A stretch of DNA of 64,000 nt from the human T2T-CHM13v2.0 reference genome, Homo sapiens: the NCBI RefSeq assembly GCF_009914755.1, contig NC_060931.1, one strand, 5' to 3'. A model generated the notes under the pieces. The model worked only from the letters and a program-made list of their open reading frames with translations, was not told where the DNA came from and searched no databases. Every line of letters starts with the position of its first letter. The first letter of the stretch is position 1. This document shows, in pieces, positions 13,079 through 25,551 of this stretch. A program made the position numbers and the translations under genes.

Positions 13079-16000
13079 AGTAAAAAGTAATCATACCCAG
13101 CTCTAATAACTTAGGGCAAATTTATCCTCAGTGAAATATCAACATAATCAAGATAAAAGGGCACATTAATGCTCTCCTGAAAATTATTTCTGGTATCTAA
13201 TTATTTTTGCACATGTACAAACAAGCTGTGATATCTTTAAAAAGTGTGAATACACTTAACTCTTCTAGGAACCCAAATGATAGAAAATTGATGTAGAAAG
13301 ATGATCATTAACCAAAGGTTTCAAAGAGTGACATTTTAATTGTTTTTTTAATTGACAAATATAATAAGGCATGGCTTATGCAGGATCTTTTTAGATTATG
13401 TTTTTTTTCATGCAATGATGCTTAAATATGCTAAGAAGTACAAAAATGAATTTTTTAGTGTTCTATTTCTTTCTGTCTGCCTGAGGGATGTTTAACTGAA
13501 CTAAAGAGGACCCTGCATAATGGAAATTCACTAGACAAGGCACTTTAATGTAAAGACTTTTACTTTGATTCTTAGCAGTATCTAAGTGAGCCAGATGTAA
13601 AGTTTTCTAGGTCTAGTAGCAGCAGCAGCAGCAATAAGTTGCCTCAACACCTTGGCACACTGACCATTACTTATCCTCTGATGGATCACAGACTGTTTCA
13701 CTCACTGGTGCACTGGCACTATCTAAAACTCTTCATTCACTGACCACGTTTCTGGGCTTGTCACTTATCCCTGTATCAGCTAGCTTCTCACCTTAGCAGG
13801 GTATGTGGGGCTTTATCCAGCACCAAAGTAGTTTGTGACATGTCATGCACAGGTTGATTGCACTTTATAGAAAGCCACTGGGACCAGGTGAGTGACATAA
13901 GAGATGATGTGTGTGCTCTCAGGTAGGCCATGTTTACATGGTGCCAACTTACCTGGCTGCAAGGATGGAAACTGCAGTCCATCATCCAATTGCCTCTAGC
14001 TACAGATATGTCAGCATCCACATTGGTGGAGCATTTAGCTATTCTGGCATTGTGTGAACAACATTTCCAAATGATTGATTTTTTTAAACTTTTCCGTGGG
14101 CTGTTCTTGCAGCCTGCAAACTCAGTCACAGTACAGAATATTCAGATAGCAAGACCTTCTCACAAGCATCCACGTTCTCAGGTGAATTGAAAGAACTTTT
14201 GCCAATTTGGATCCCTGCTTTGCCTAAAATCTGTGGCTGATTATTCTTTATGTGGAGACAATGCTCTTTTCCTTTCAGTCAAGCAACTCTGGAAACTGAC
14301 AGTAAAGCCAGCACACTTTTTCTCATGAGCAGTTCAATTTGAATGATTCATGGTTAGCACATTCCCTTATGTAAGCATGAATGAACAAATTCAAATTCAG
14401 GAAAGGCTTTGACTTGTATTTATTTGAGTTTCTTTGAAAGTGATCTTCTTTAACTTTTGCAATATTCAAAAGTACTTCATAAATACCACACAGTCACACA
14501 AACAAAAACACAAAACATGGGCCAATTCTCAGAAGGACACTCACAGGTAATGGGTCTATATACACACTCATTGTAACTAGAAATATACAACAGGAGGTTT
14601 ATACAGCCAGTGACTGGATTTAAGCTAAAATCTGGCTGTAGTTCAATATTTAAATCCATAAATTATTTACTGAATGCTTGAATACCAAACCAAAAATTGC
14701 TCACAAAGTGAAATCCAATGACTAAAATGAAGTAACTTGTGCACACTCATATTTATAACCACACAAAGAACCATTGAATTGTAATTAAATTACATTAAAT
14801 TAGATGACAGAGTGGATGTATGCTTCTTGATATCACCTCCTATGAGAGAGAACGTTCATGTAGTTGAAGTGGCACCAGTGTTGATTAATCCAGCCACTAC
14901 TTTTACCCTTGTAGTGTGCTTTCCATCACAACCCTCATTCTCTTTTATTAAAAACATGCTTCTTGGAATTGCATTTCTGGATTTGTATTTCCTACAGTCT
15001 TGGTTTTTTAAAATATTTTTACCTCTTTCTTTACAGTTTCCAAACCCTATCACTTGCTGACCCTAAGGCCTCTACTGCCATTACCCAGCTAGACTTTCTT
15101 TGGTAGAAAATGGATGGAAGATTTGCACCATGCATTTGACAATTTTTGCATCAGTTTCCATCTGTTTCCCAGCTGTTCTAAGTGAGGCAAAAGTCCCTCC
15201 CTTTTCTTCAACCTCCCATATCCTATGCCAAATGGTAGGTGCTGAGGGGGGAATCTGGACACTGCCTTCCTTTCTTCTCTACAACCACAAACAAAATGTC
15301 ACCATCTGTACAGTATATTCCAATGTAAAATACTACAATTGTTGTTTTTCGTCTCAGATACTTTAATGCACCTGTGGGTCCATTCACACACTCTCTCAGC
15401 GCTTCGAGGAAATGTTGACTTATGTGTTCAGGTATGGTTGGCAGTCCCAGTTCCCTAACCTTTTGCTCCCTGGGACTACGCTAATGGAAGAAGTCTGCAA
15501 TACTTCCGTGGAGGATAAAAATTGCCCTCCAAGGATCATTTCTGTCTAGCATTTAGAACTTCTCCACATGTGACTTTTTATTTCCCCTAGTGCAAGAGAA
15601 TGCCAAAAGATAATAATGTTTTATTGAAGACAAGTAATGGGAGGGCTTGGTCTGTTCACTAGTGGCACAGAGTGCTATTTAGCAAAAGAGAAATAAAAGT
15701 ACGATTGAGAATATTTTTGGCTACTCTGGGTAAACGTATTAGCTCGTTTAAATGAAGAACATAATTTACCTATGTCTGTAAAATATCAAAATGGAATGGA
15801 ATGTCTGTATAGCTTGGACTAATATAAATTCTAGTTCCATATCCTGAAGAAAAATGAATACTAAGCCTCAGCATATTGCTGTAACTTTTGTATCAATGTT
15901 TTGTAAACTATTCAAAATGAGAGATATTTCATTATTTATTAACAAAACTGCACAAACCCATAGTTATGGAAAGCTAATAATTTTTACGTAGGCATAGGGA

Positions 16001-17153
16001 TTGTGGATGGAGTCAGAAAAATTTATGAAATCATTCTATTGGTGCTAGTAATTTTCACATTTAAAGGGGAAATTGCCTTCTTTATGGGCACTTATCCAAC
16101 TTGCTACTCCAGCTCATTAATGAGTGAGCATTTCAGCTTCTCAGTGTTTCTTCTTTTTTCAAAGTAAACAACCTTCTCCAGGAGTTCTTAAATCCTCTTG
16201 CCAATCCACTTTCCAGATTTGAGAACCACAGTCATAGCGAGCTACTATGATTCATGAATGTGTCGATTATACACTAAGGTGTGTGAGGAGTTAAAAATTG
16301 GATCGAGCACCACTATGTTAGATCCAGAATAGGATAGCCAGAAAACATCTATTATTTCTTGTACCTCTTTGATAGCTATAATAATACATTCTCTTACAAA
16401 GCAAACCCAAATTTTACATACCAAAAAAGGAATTTCCATCGAGTTATAATTATTATTGTGATAGTTTTCTTCAAAATGCAAAAAAAAAAAATCATTGTAC
16501 CTGCTGAGCAGTGATTATCAATTGGCAGATGTACTCTTTTTCACTATCTGTCCTCTCTGCTCAATATCTTGATTATTCTTGGGTTTGTCTAATATGCTTT
16601 CGGGGAGGAAATAAATCAGATAAATCCCAATTTAGTATTATTGAAGATAGATTATTTTTTATTATATTTATGTAGCCAATTATATGTCTTGAACAAATAA
16701 TTTATAGAGGATATCCTATTTATTCCTGTTAAAGGCATTTAAGTTCATATATAATGGTCTATATTGAAAGAGTAACTGTATAGCTAAAAGTTTTATGTAA
16801 TAGTTTTTCAATTTAAGTTTATAGACTTGACTTTTTCTCAATATATTTAGGCTTATGTTTACACCACTCATTCTTAAAATGAGATTGATGAAAATTTTAT
16901 TCACATGATTGCATCAGTATTTAGGAATAGCTACTTACATAAGAAAATATTACAATTGCTAACTTATAATTTATGCTGTACAAAGCAATGATATAAATGG
17001 GAAAGTATGAAGATTTGAGATGCTTTATAAAATCTATATATTTTACATATTATTTTAATATGAAAGAGAATTTTAATTTTTGGAAATATCATAAATTTAT
17101 CACAGGCTATAAAATTTTACCAAAAAGAAAAGAGCAAGTTAAGCCAAGGTTAA

Positions 17154-17154
<1 letters not shown>

Positions 17155-17203
<49 letters not shown>

Positions 17204-17229
17204 AGAGAAAGAGAGAGAGAGAGGAGAAA
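17155..17229. repeat. (TG)24 followed by imperfect (GA)n microsatellite
   Basis: Seen directly. Confidence 0.97.
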
Positions 17230-18344
17230 ATAGCACAAGATTATTCTTAAATTGGTAGAAATTTAGCAACTTAGCATGGATATGGATTTGAAAAATTTGC
17301 AAACACATATCTCAGAATTTATACAAAAATAAAATACTTAGGTCTCTAAAGTCCTCCATACCTTAGATGTAGACGTTTCCTTGAAGTAGGTAATAAAATT
17401 TCCTTGGCGTTGCATTGCATTGCTGGAATAAACTGGCTAGTATTAGAACAAAGTCTTTCTTTTTGCTTCCTCCTCTCTTCTCTACAGTTTTGAGGTGATG
17501 GAAGTTACAGAAATTTTAGCCATTTTAAAATAGGTGCATAGTACATAACTCATTTTAATTCCTTATTTTTTGTGCCCATCAATATATGAATTCAGTTTTA
17601 CCTTACAGCCTGTTTAGTGAAGACCCTTATTTTTAAATGATGAGATTTTAATGTGTCATTTTGTTTTAATTTTATCTTTCCTTTCCTAGAATTTATTATT
17701 ATGTAATGCTTCCTCATAGTAAGAATATGCCAACCCAATGGTTCTTCTTCCATGACCTAAGTACAAATTCACAAAGAACTAAAAATGGTGATGAAATTAA
17801 TGTCATGATTAATGTGCAATTCGAAAACAAAACAAATTTTAACAAAATTAACAAAAACAAAGTATTTTTGTTAAAAAATATTTTTAAAGGCCAGAGACAC
17901 ATAAAATAGGAATATAATGCAATTTACTTGCGTCAAATTTGACACAGATTTGATTCTTCTAACTACCAACTTCAAAGCACTTAACACAAAAACAAAACCG
18001 GGACAAGTCTTCTGGGTAAAAATAAACTTTGTAGATTTTGCTACACATTTCTAGGCTTAGAAAGAGTTTACAGAGCCCAGAATTGACTTTATGGCTCTTG
18101 CTATAGTCCAGAGAGAAAACATAAACTAAAGAAAGATCATGGCTATCCATCCAACAAAACAAGGCACTTGTGCCTGGATCTGTCTAATAGCAAAGGACTT
18201 CTCAAAGGTCATCATTTGCACCTACAGTGGGACTAAAGGCCCTAATTAAGACTTTTTGACATAAAGCATTCCATTCCATTTTCCCTGATTATATTAGTTT
18301 AAAGAGGGTACCACTTCTGTCAGCTCCCTTCAAACTCCTTTTGT

Positions 18345-18470
18345 TCCTTTCTTACAATGCTTACCACATTATGTCACTGTACGGATGCTTTCTCTCCTAT
18401 ACTAGAACGTAAGTGTTTGAGGCCAATTCTTGTTCTAGTTTATTCAGACACTGGAGGTCAATAAAAATAA
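18345..18470 (+). mobile_element. L2 3' fragment
   Basis: cttaccacattatgtca..tctctcctatactagaacgtaagtgtttgaggcc..ggtcaataaaaat. Confidence 0.5.
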
Positions 18471-19456
18471 TACTTGTTTTCACACTTAATTTTAATACAC
18501 GCAGAAGCAATAGGCAAGATAGTGAAGAGAACTCAAGCTTCCACATGTGTCCCCCATTCACCTCCTACTCAGCTCTTATGTCAGCAAATGGCCTGGAATT
18601 AGATGGTATTACTGCATATTTGAGAAGATGGGGAGGGAAAGAAACTATTTTCACAAATTAAGGACAATAGTAACTTGGCAAAGGCAGAAAGAATTGTGAC
18701 ATTTCTAATTTACAGCTGTCAACAGGGCAAAAAGGATTGAGCCCTCTTATGGCATCAGATAACACCATACAGATTTGCAGTGTGATGCCAGAAAATTCAG
18801 CACCAATTCTGCCGGTAGTGCAGTAAAACCCTTGGACATGCAACAGGAAAACTTCCATGGAGTTTTTTATTTATATTATGAAAGACAAGTCCACACCTTC
18901 TCAGAGTGTAAAGACTAGCATTTATGCTGTAATTCTGAGCCATTTCTTTAGCAAGTCATCATAGTCGCTTTAATGTATTTTTAAGCAGTGATGTAGAAAT
19001 TATTGAACTTTTCATTTATTTTCATGTCTGCTTTGCTTCTCTGGACTCTAGACTCTGGGTAACTTATGAGTATGAATTTTGTCTTCCTCATCTTTGTATT
19101 TCTAATACTAAATACCTACTATTCTGCTGTATCTTTGACTTTACGATCTGATTATAGATTATAATTACAAAGATAACCCTAAGGAGCCTTGTTCTGGCAT
19201 AGAAATTTAACTGACCTTCAGCTTAGAAAAAGGAAAAGTATCATTTATTATTGCTTTCTATTAACTTTTAAGACATGTTTACACATATCTCGTGTAACTA
19301 ATGGCAGACAAGTAATGTTATCTTCATTCTATATTTATAACGATATCTCCAAACATGTTTACATAGAAAAGTACCAAATCAGTCTCCCTATTATAAAATT
19401 TGAAACCAAAATCATTGAATGTTATACGAAGTGAAGGAACATATTGCCCAGAGATT

Positions 19457-19886
19457 ATAGTTCTGAACCTCAGCACTATTGACATTTTGGATTGGATAAT
19501 TCTTGTTACATTTGTATTCAATGAAACATAAACATATTCAAAATAAAGATGTCCTGTGTGAGGTGGGGACAGTTCTGGGCTTTGTAGAATGTTTAGAACA
19601 TCCCTGGCTTCTACTCACTGGATGCTTGTAGCAAACCTCAACCCTAATTTTAGTGTTGTCAGATAAAATATGGTTCTCCCAGTCCAATTTGAATTTCAGA
19701 CAAACAATAAATAAAGTTTTAGTATGTTACAAATATTACACAAAGCATACTTGTATTTTAAAATGTTTATTGTTGTATGAAAATTCTAATTCAACCAGAT
19801 ATCTGTAGTTTAATTGGTTAAATCTGGCAATCCTAAATTGCCAATGTACTCCATGGGGAAAAATTGCTCCCAGTAGAGAGTCATTG
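19457..19886. mobile_element. MER20 (hAT-Charlie) interrupted by MER53
   Basis: ttctgaacctcagcactattgacattttggattggataattctt..catccctggcttctactcactggatgc; resumes attgccaatgtactccatggggaaaaattgctcccagtagagagtcattg. Confidence 0.85.
19651..19835. mobile_element. MER53 palindromic MITE
   Basis: Termini TAGTGTTGTCAGAT and ATCTGGCAATCCTA; internal inverted arms ttgaatttcagacaaacaataa / ttattgttgtatgaaaattctaa. Confidence 0.85.
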
Positions 19887-20369
19887 CATATAGATAATAT
19901 TTGGATGAAGACATCAATAACTTTCAGTTATACAACTCTTTTTAGGAATGACCAACATGATTCATAAGTTGCACGCATTATTTATGTGTAAATAATCCCA
20001 CCTTTATACTGTGGTCACGCCTTGTCTCCTCCAAGCCAATGACGAGATTATTTGCAGATAAAATTGTTCAAGAAGAGATTTTGTCAGTGCTAATTCACCC
20101 AAAATATAACTGCAGAATAAGTGACTCTAACTTCAGAGGATTATCCACATGGAACAGTAAAATGACACATATGGCATCACCATAGAAATTACCATGTTCC
20201 TAAGCCATCCCTTAGAGGTGTGAGAGTTTCAGTAAATTTCAGAGGGAAGTATTATGTTTCTACAATGCATCAAAGCACATAAGCACTAATAATAAATCAA
20301 CTATTTGATTACATCCATATCATTTAATTAAATACTGACTGAATTAATAAATATTAACTTTGTAGGCAT

Positions 20370-20510
20370 GCATTTTAGAAATTGAGGAGATTCTTACAAA
20401 CCGTCTATTTCCACCTGCTCTCTACCTGAGAAAAGTGAGGCTCAAAGTGGCTGAAGGGCTCACCAATGGTCACAAATAGTCACAGAATGTTCCTAGGCCT
20501 AAGTGTCATT
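20370..20510 (-). mobile_element. MIR fragment
   Basis: tgagaaaagtgaggctcaaagtggctgaagggctcaccaatggtcacaaatagt. Confidence 0.55.
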
Positions 20511-21955
20511 CAGCTTCAGAAACCAACAGGAATACATTTTATGAACTCCTGAAATATCCTTTACCTACTGCATGGCCTTTTCACAACAAGGATTTGAGGA
20601 CCACTGCCATTTAATTGTGATACTAAATATGGTTATGAAACCTAAAATACTCAAACAGAATCTTGAGTACCAAACATTCCAAATACACAGATATTAAGAG
20701 CATCCTCTCTGCTCCTTATCTGCTTATTCAACCCCTATTGTCTCCCCTGTGCTCATCTTTAACACAGACTTTAAGTGAAGAGGGTTAAATTAAGCAAATC
20801 ATGTAGAACAATGCCTACATATTACGGGCACTCAATAATCAATTGTAAACTCTAGCCGTTATTAGGAGAGGACTGTGGTCCAAGGCCTTAGCAATTGAAA
20901 ATTATGCATTTGATAAAATCATGTGTTATAATTAGTTTTTTTAAAATGTAGGAAAATTTTGTTTTTAAAATGGACCTCAATCTAAAAATCTAAGAATTTA
21001 GGAATTTACACAGTGACTAGCAGAGTTCCACTTTACATTGAAAAATGGTTGGGCCCCTAAAAGTATCTATGTGTTATTTTTGGCTAATGTACAAACGAAG
21101 CTGAAAGTTTAATTACAATTTTCCAAGGAACCTGGGGAGGTGACACTTTACAAGGCTTAGTGGTATCAGTGTATGAAATTGTATTTCCTCTGCAAGTTTT
21201 ATTTGGAAATTCAGTGAAACATAACCAAACCTGGCATACCCAATAAAACGGAGTCAGATAGTGTGCTTGTGTTTGTGTGGGTATGTGTGTTTCTTCTCTT
21301 TTAGAGTCCTGTCAAACAGGTACATAAATGTAGGAAGATAGGAGTCACATTCTGCCTAGTGGTTAAAGTATTAAAAAAAGTTTAATTAATACTTCTAAAT
21401 GGATTTTTAGAAGACCAAGATAAGAAGTATTTACTGAAAACACTTACAAGCCGATTCTCTTAAATGTTGTGCTGTTATTTACTTAGAAATTTTCTCTAAT
21501 TATGAGTTTCTTCATATAGAGGGTTTGAGAAAAAAAATCCCTTAGATATTTTTTCTGAAATAATCATATCGGAAGATTAATGACCAAGAATTTATAAATT
21601 GATTTTGCTTTGGTTTCAAAGTATAATAAACAAATTATAAACAATAATAAATAATGCATAAAGGTAATGAAATAAAACTTATTATAAAATACCAAACAAC
21701 ATAGGGTTCTAGCTCAGGCATCAGTTTCCTTTTGACTGCGCTAGTGAAGTTAAATTCTTGTGATCTGTTACATGATTGTAGCTGTATTGGCAAGAAGGAA
21801 AACAATCTCAGGCTGACGAATCTGCATTATAATCAAATTGTGATTGTTTTTTGCAAAGATTTTCCCAATTAGAGAGCATCTGAATCATTTCTTTGGAGAT
21901 CTTAAATTCAATTATACATGCCATATAGAAATTTAAGAACATAAATGTAATTATT

Positions 21956-22306
21956 ATCTGCCTCAGTCCATTTTGTGCTGCTATAACAGAATACCTGAGT
22001 GAATAATTTATTTTAAAAAACCAGAAATTTATTTCCTACAATCCTAGAGGCTGAGAAGAAGTGCACGATCAAGGCAGCAACATCTGGTGAGTGCTTTCTG
22101 GCTGCATCCTTAATGGCAAAAGGCAGAAGGGCAAAAGAGCGTGATCCCATTCATATAAGCCCTTTTCATAGTGGCATTAATCCATTCATGGGAGTGAAAT
22201 CCTCATGACCTAAACACCTCCCAAAAGGCCTCACCTGCCAGCACTGTTGCCCTGGGGATCAAGTTTTCAACACGTGAATTTTGGGAAACACATTCAGACC
22301 ATAGAA
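21956..22306 (-). mobile_element. MaLR solo LTR (MST/MLT1A type)
   Basis: cagtccattttgtgctgctataacagaatacctgag..ggcattaatccattcatg..cacgtgaattttggg..acacattcagaccatag. Confidence 0.88.
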
Positions 22307-22786
22307 TTATCCATTTATTTATGATATTTTAGAGACTAACTTTAATATTCTGTTGGGTAAATTATACTAGGAAAATAATTTCACTGAAGTCTGAAATGTT
22401 TTTTAAAATCATACTTAATTTCATATTAGTTTAAATGTGAAAAATGTCCTACACCTATTTCTGATCTCTGCCAAGATAGTATATAATGATACGGCATTAA
22501 GTTTCTGTGAATGTGAAGCTTTCATCTAGGTCTTACAGATAATCCTTGGGTTGTAATTGCATAACAAATTCAGGCACTCAAAACTCACATACGTCATAGG
22601 TTACATCTTATAATTTCTGAAATGATTCATAAGTTTCTTCCAGTTAGATATTAGATAGCATTCAGTATTCCATTACATGGTGGAGAGAAAGGGACTTGAA
22701 GCATACACATTTTTGTTTTACTGAACACGTGTGCTACCACCCACAAAAAGAGGATGTGCTTACTCCTAAAATGTAATTTTCCAATA

Positions 22787-22826
22787 CACACACACACACA
22801 CGCACACACACACGCACACACACACA
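22787..22826. repeat. Interrupted (CA)n microsatellite
   Basis: Seen directly. Confidence 0.9.
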
Positions 22827-23004
22827 TAAAACATACCATCTGCTAATCTTGCAATACTTCTCAATAAGCAGAAAAATCTTAGTAGTATCCAGTTTTTAAA
22901 GTTTTTCATTGATTAAACAGAATTGTAGTTATAATTATAGCTCTATAACTTGTACAGTTCTGTTTACAACTCTAGTTATTTAGAAGGAAAGAGTGGCTGG
23001 GGAA

Positions 23005-23205
23005 CATATCGGGGCTTTGAAGCCAGCAGACTTGGGTTGGATATCAGTTGTTGCTACTTACTGTGTGGTCTTCTGAGGCTGGTTTTTGAAATTCAGATTC
23101 CCCATCTAAGAATCCACAGGATTGTTGAAAATAGGAGAATTAGAGAATTTAAAGTGTGTATATCTGAGATATAGTATCAATTCAATAATACAAACCTACT
23201 ATTAG
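23005..23205 (+). mobile_element. MIR SINE
   Basis: ggctttgaagccagcagacttgggttgg..ctacttactgtgtggtc..cagattccccatcta..cacaggattgttga. Confidence 0.7.
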
Positions 23206-23766
23206 TAATATTAAACTTAAAATGTACCAGGAGTAGGATGGTACTGTTACATTTATTAGCCTTTTCTAAGTCAAATTTATTAGTTTACATATTTCATTTG
23301 AATCATTTAACTTTCATTTGACACGTAACATTTAGTGAAATACACCTTTATTTCATTTTTAGTGATCTTGAACTTAGTAAAAAGATGATTTTTATTTTCT
23401 AGCTCTTTCCACCCCTGTGTATTTTAAAAGATCCACAATCCTCATAATTTCTTTAAGCAATCAGCAAGAGTTGTGTATGATTACTTTTTAAAAAGTTAAT
23501 AGGTTGTGAAAGTCTGTATGCTTTTATTTCTTTCATGTTTTATAGCTTTGCTGCTAAAAATTGCAGTCTAGTTTAAAGCATAAATTATTTTTCTGAGTGC
23601 AATTAAATGGCATTATCTTTTATTTATGTACGTTTGTATGTGCATGGGCATATATATTTACAGTTAACACACTTAAAATACTTTGTTTTATTTAGTCTTC
23701 ATTGGTCTCATATGCATTTAGTCTAATTCATGCAAATTTTGTGCATATGTAAAACATTTCTAGATC

Positions 23767-25510
23767 TTCTTTATTTTTTAGGTTCAGAGGCGTACATGTG
23801 ATGGTCTGTTACGTAGGTATATTGCATAATCGTAAGGTTTGGGCTTCTAGTGAACCCATCACCTAAATAGTGAACATGGTAGTATTTTTTACCCTCTCCT
23901 CCTTCTCTCTCTCCCCTTTTGGAATCCCCAGGGTCTATTATTTCCATCTTTGTGTCCATGTGTGCCTATCGTTTAGCTTCCACTTGTAAGTGAGAACATG
24001 TGTATTTCATTTCTTTCTGAGTTATTTCACTTAAGATAAAGGCCTCCAACTCCATCTCTACTGCTGTAGAGGACAGGATTTGATACCTTTTTTATGGCTC
24101 CATAATATTCCATGGTGCATATATATCACAATTTCTTTACGCGATCAACTGTTGATGGACATTTAGGTTGATTCCATAAATTTGCTATTGTGAATAGTGC
24201 TGTGATAAACATGATAAAAACAGGTGACTTTTTGATACAATTATTCCTTTCCCTTTGGGTAGATACCCAGTAGTGGAATTGCTGGGTGAAATTATAGTTC
24301 TTTTTATAGCTGAGAAATCTCCATACTGTTTTCTATAGGATATAAGCTAATTTACATTCCCACCAACGGTGTAAAAGTATTCACTTTTCTCCACATCCTC
24401 ACCATCTGTTATTTTTTTGACTTTTTAATAATAGCCATTCTGACTGGTATGAGATGGTATCTCATAGGGGTTTTTATTTGTATTTCACTGATGATTTGTG
24501 ATGTTGAGCATGTTTTCATATGTTTATTAGCAACTTGTATGTCTTCTTTTGAGAAGTATGTGTTCATGTCCTTTTTCTACTTTATAATGGGGTTGTCTGT
24601 CATTTTCTTGTGGATTTGTTTAAGTTCTTTATATATTCTGGATATTAGTCTTTTGTTGGATGCAGAGTTTTTGAATATTTTCTTCCAGTTTCTAGGTTTT
24701 CTGATTATTCAATTGATTGTGTCTTTTGCTGTGCAGAAGCTCTTTAGTTTAATAAGTCCCATTTGTCTGCTTTTGTTTTTGGTGCATTTTCTTTTGAGGT
24801 CTTAATCTAAAGGCCAGTTTCTAAAAAAGTTCTTCCTAGATTTTCCTCTTTTTTTTATAGTTTTGGGTCTTATGTTTAGATCTTTGGTACATCTTCAGTT
24901 AATTTTTGTATATAGTGAGAGATAAGGTTCCAGTTTCATTCTTCTGCATGTAGCTAGCCAGTTTTCCCGGAACCATTTATTAAAAACGGTGTCTTTTCTC
25001 CATGTTTATTTTTGTTGACTTTGTTGGAGATCAGCTAGCATTAGGAGTGTGGCTTTATTTCTAGGCTCTCTATTCTGTTCCATTGATCTATGTGTCTATT
25101 GTACCAGTACCAAACTGTTTTGGTTACTAAAGCCTTCTAGTACCCTTTGAAGTCAGGTAATGTCATATCCCCAGTTTTGTTTGCTTTTGTTTTTTGTTTG
25201 TTTGTTTTGCTTACGATTGCTTTGGCTATTTGAGCTCTCTTTTTTGGTTCCATGTGGATTTTAGAATTGTTTTTCTAATTCTGTGAAAAATGACATTAGT
25301 AGTTTAATAGGAATTGTGTTGAATCTGTAGATCACTTTGGGCAAATATAGTCATTTTAATGATATTGATTCTTCCTATCCATGGGATGTTTTTCCATTTG
25401 TTTGTATTATCTATGATTCTATAATCAGTGCTTTGTAGTTCTCCTTGTAGAATTCTTTCACCTCCTTAGTTAGGTCTGTTCTAGGTTTGTTGTTGTTGCT
25501 GTTTGGGGGT

Positions 25511-25551
<41 letters not shown>

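Noticed and set aside
13618-13634. Short (AGC)n run as a triplet-repeat locus
   Set aside because: Only about five units, intronic and unremarkable.
16000-16232. Possible hAT-type element ending TTTGAGAACCACAG
   Set aside because: Only one terminus is recognisable; family and extent could not be supported.
19651-19835. A miR-1302 family gene
   Set aside because: MER53-derived, but the segment matching the mature miRNA is diverged and there is no expression evidence.
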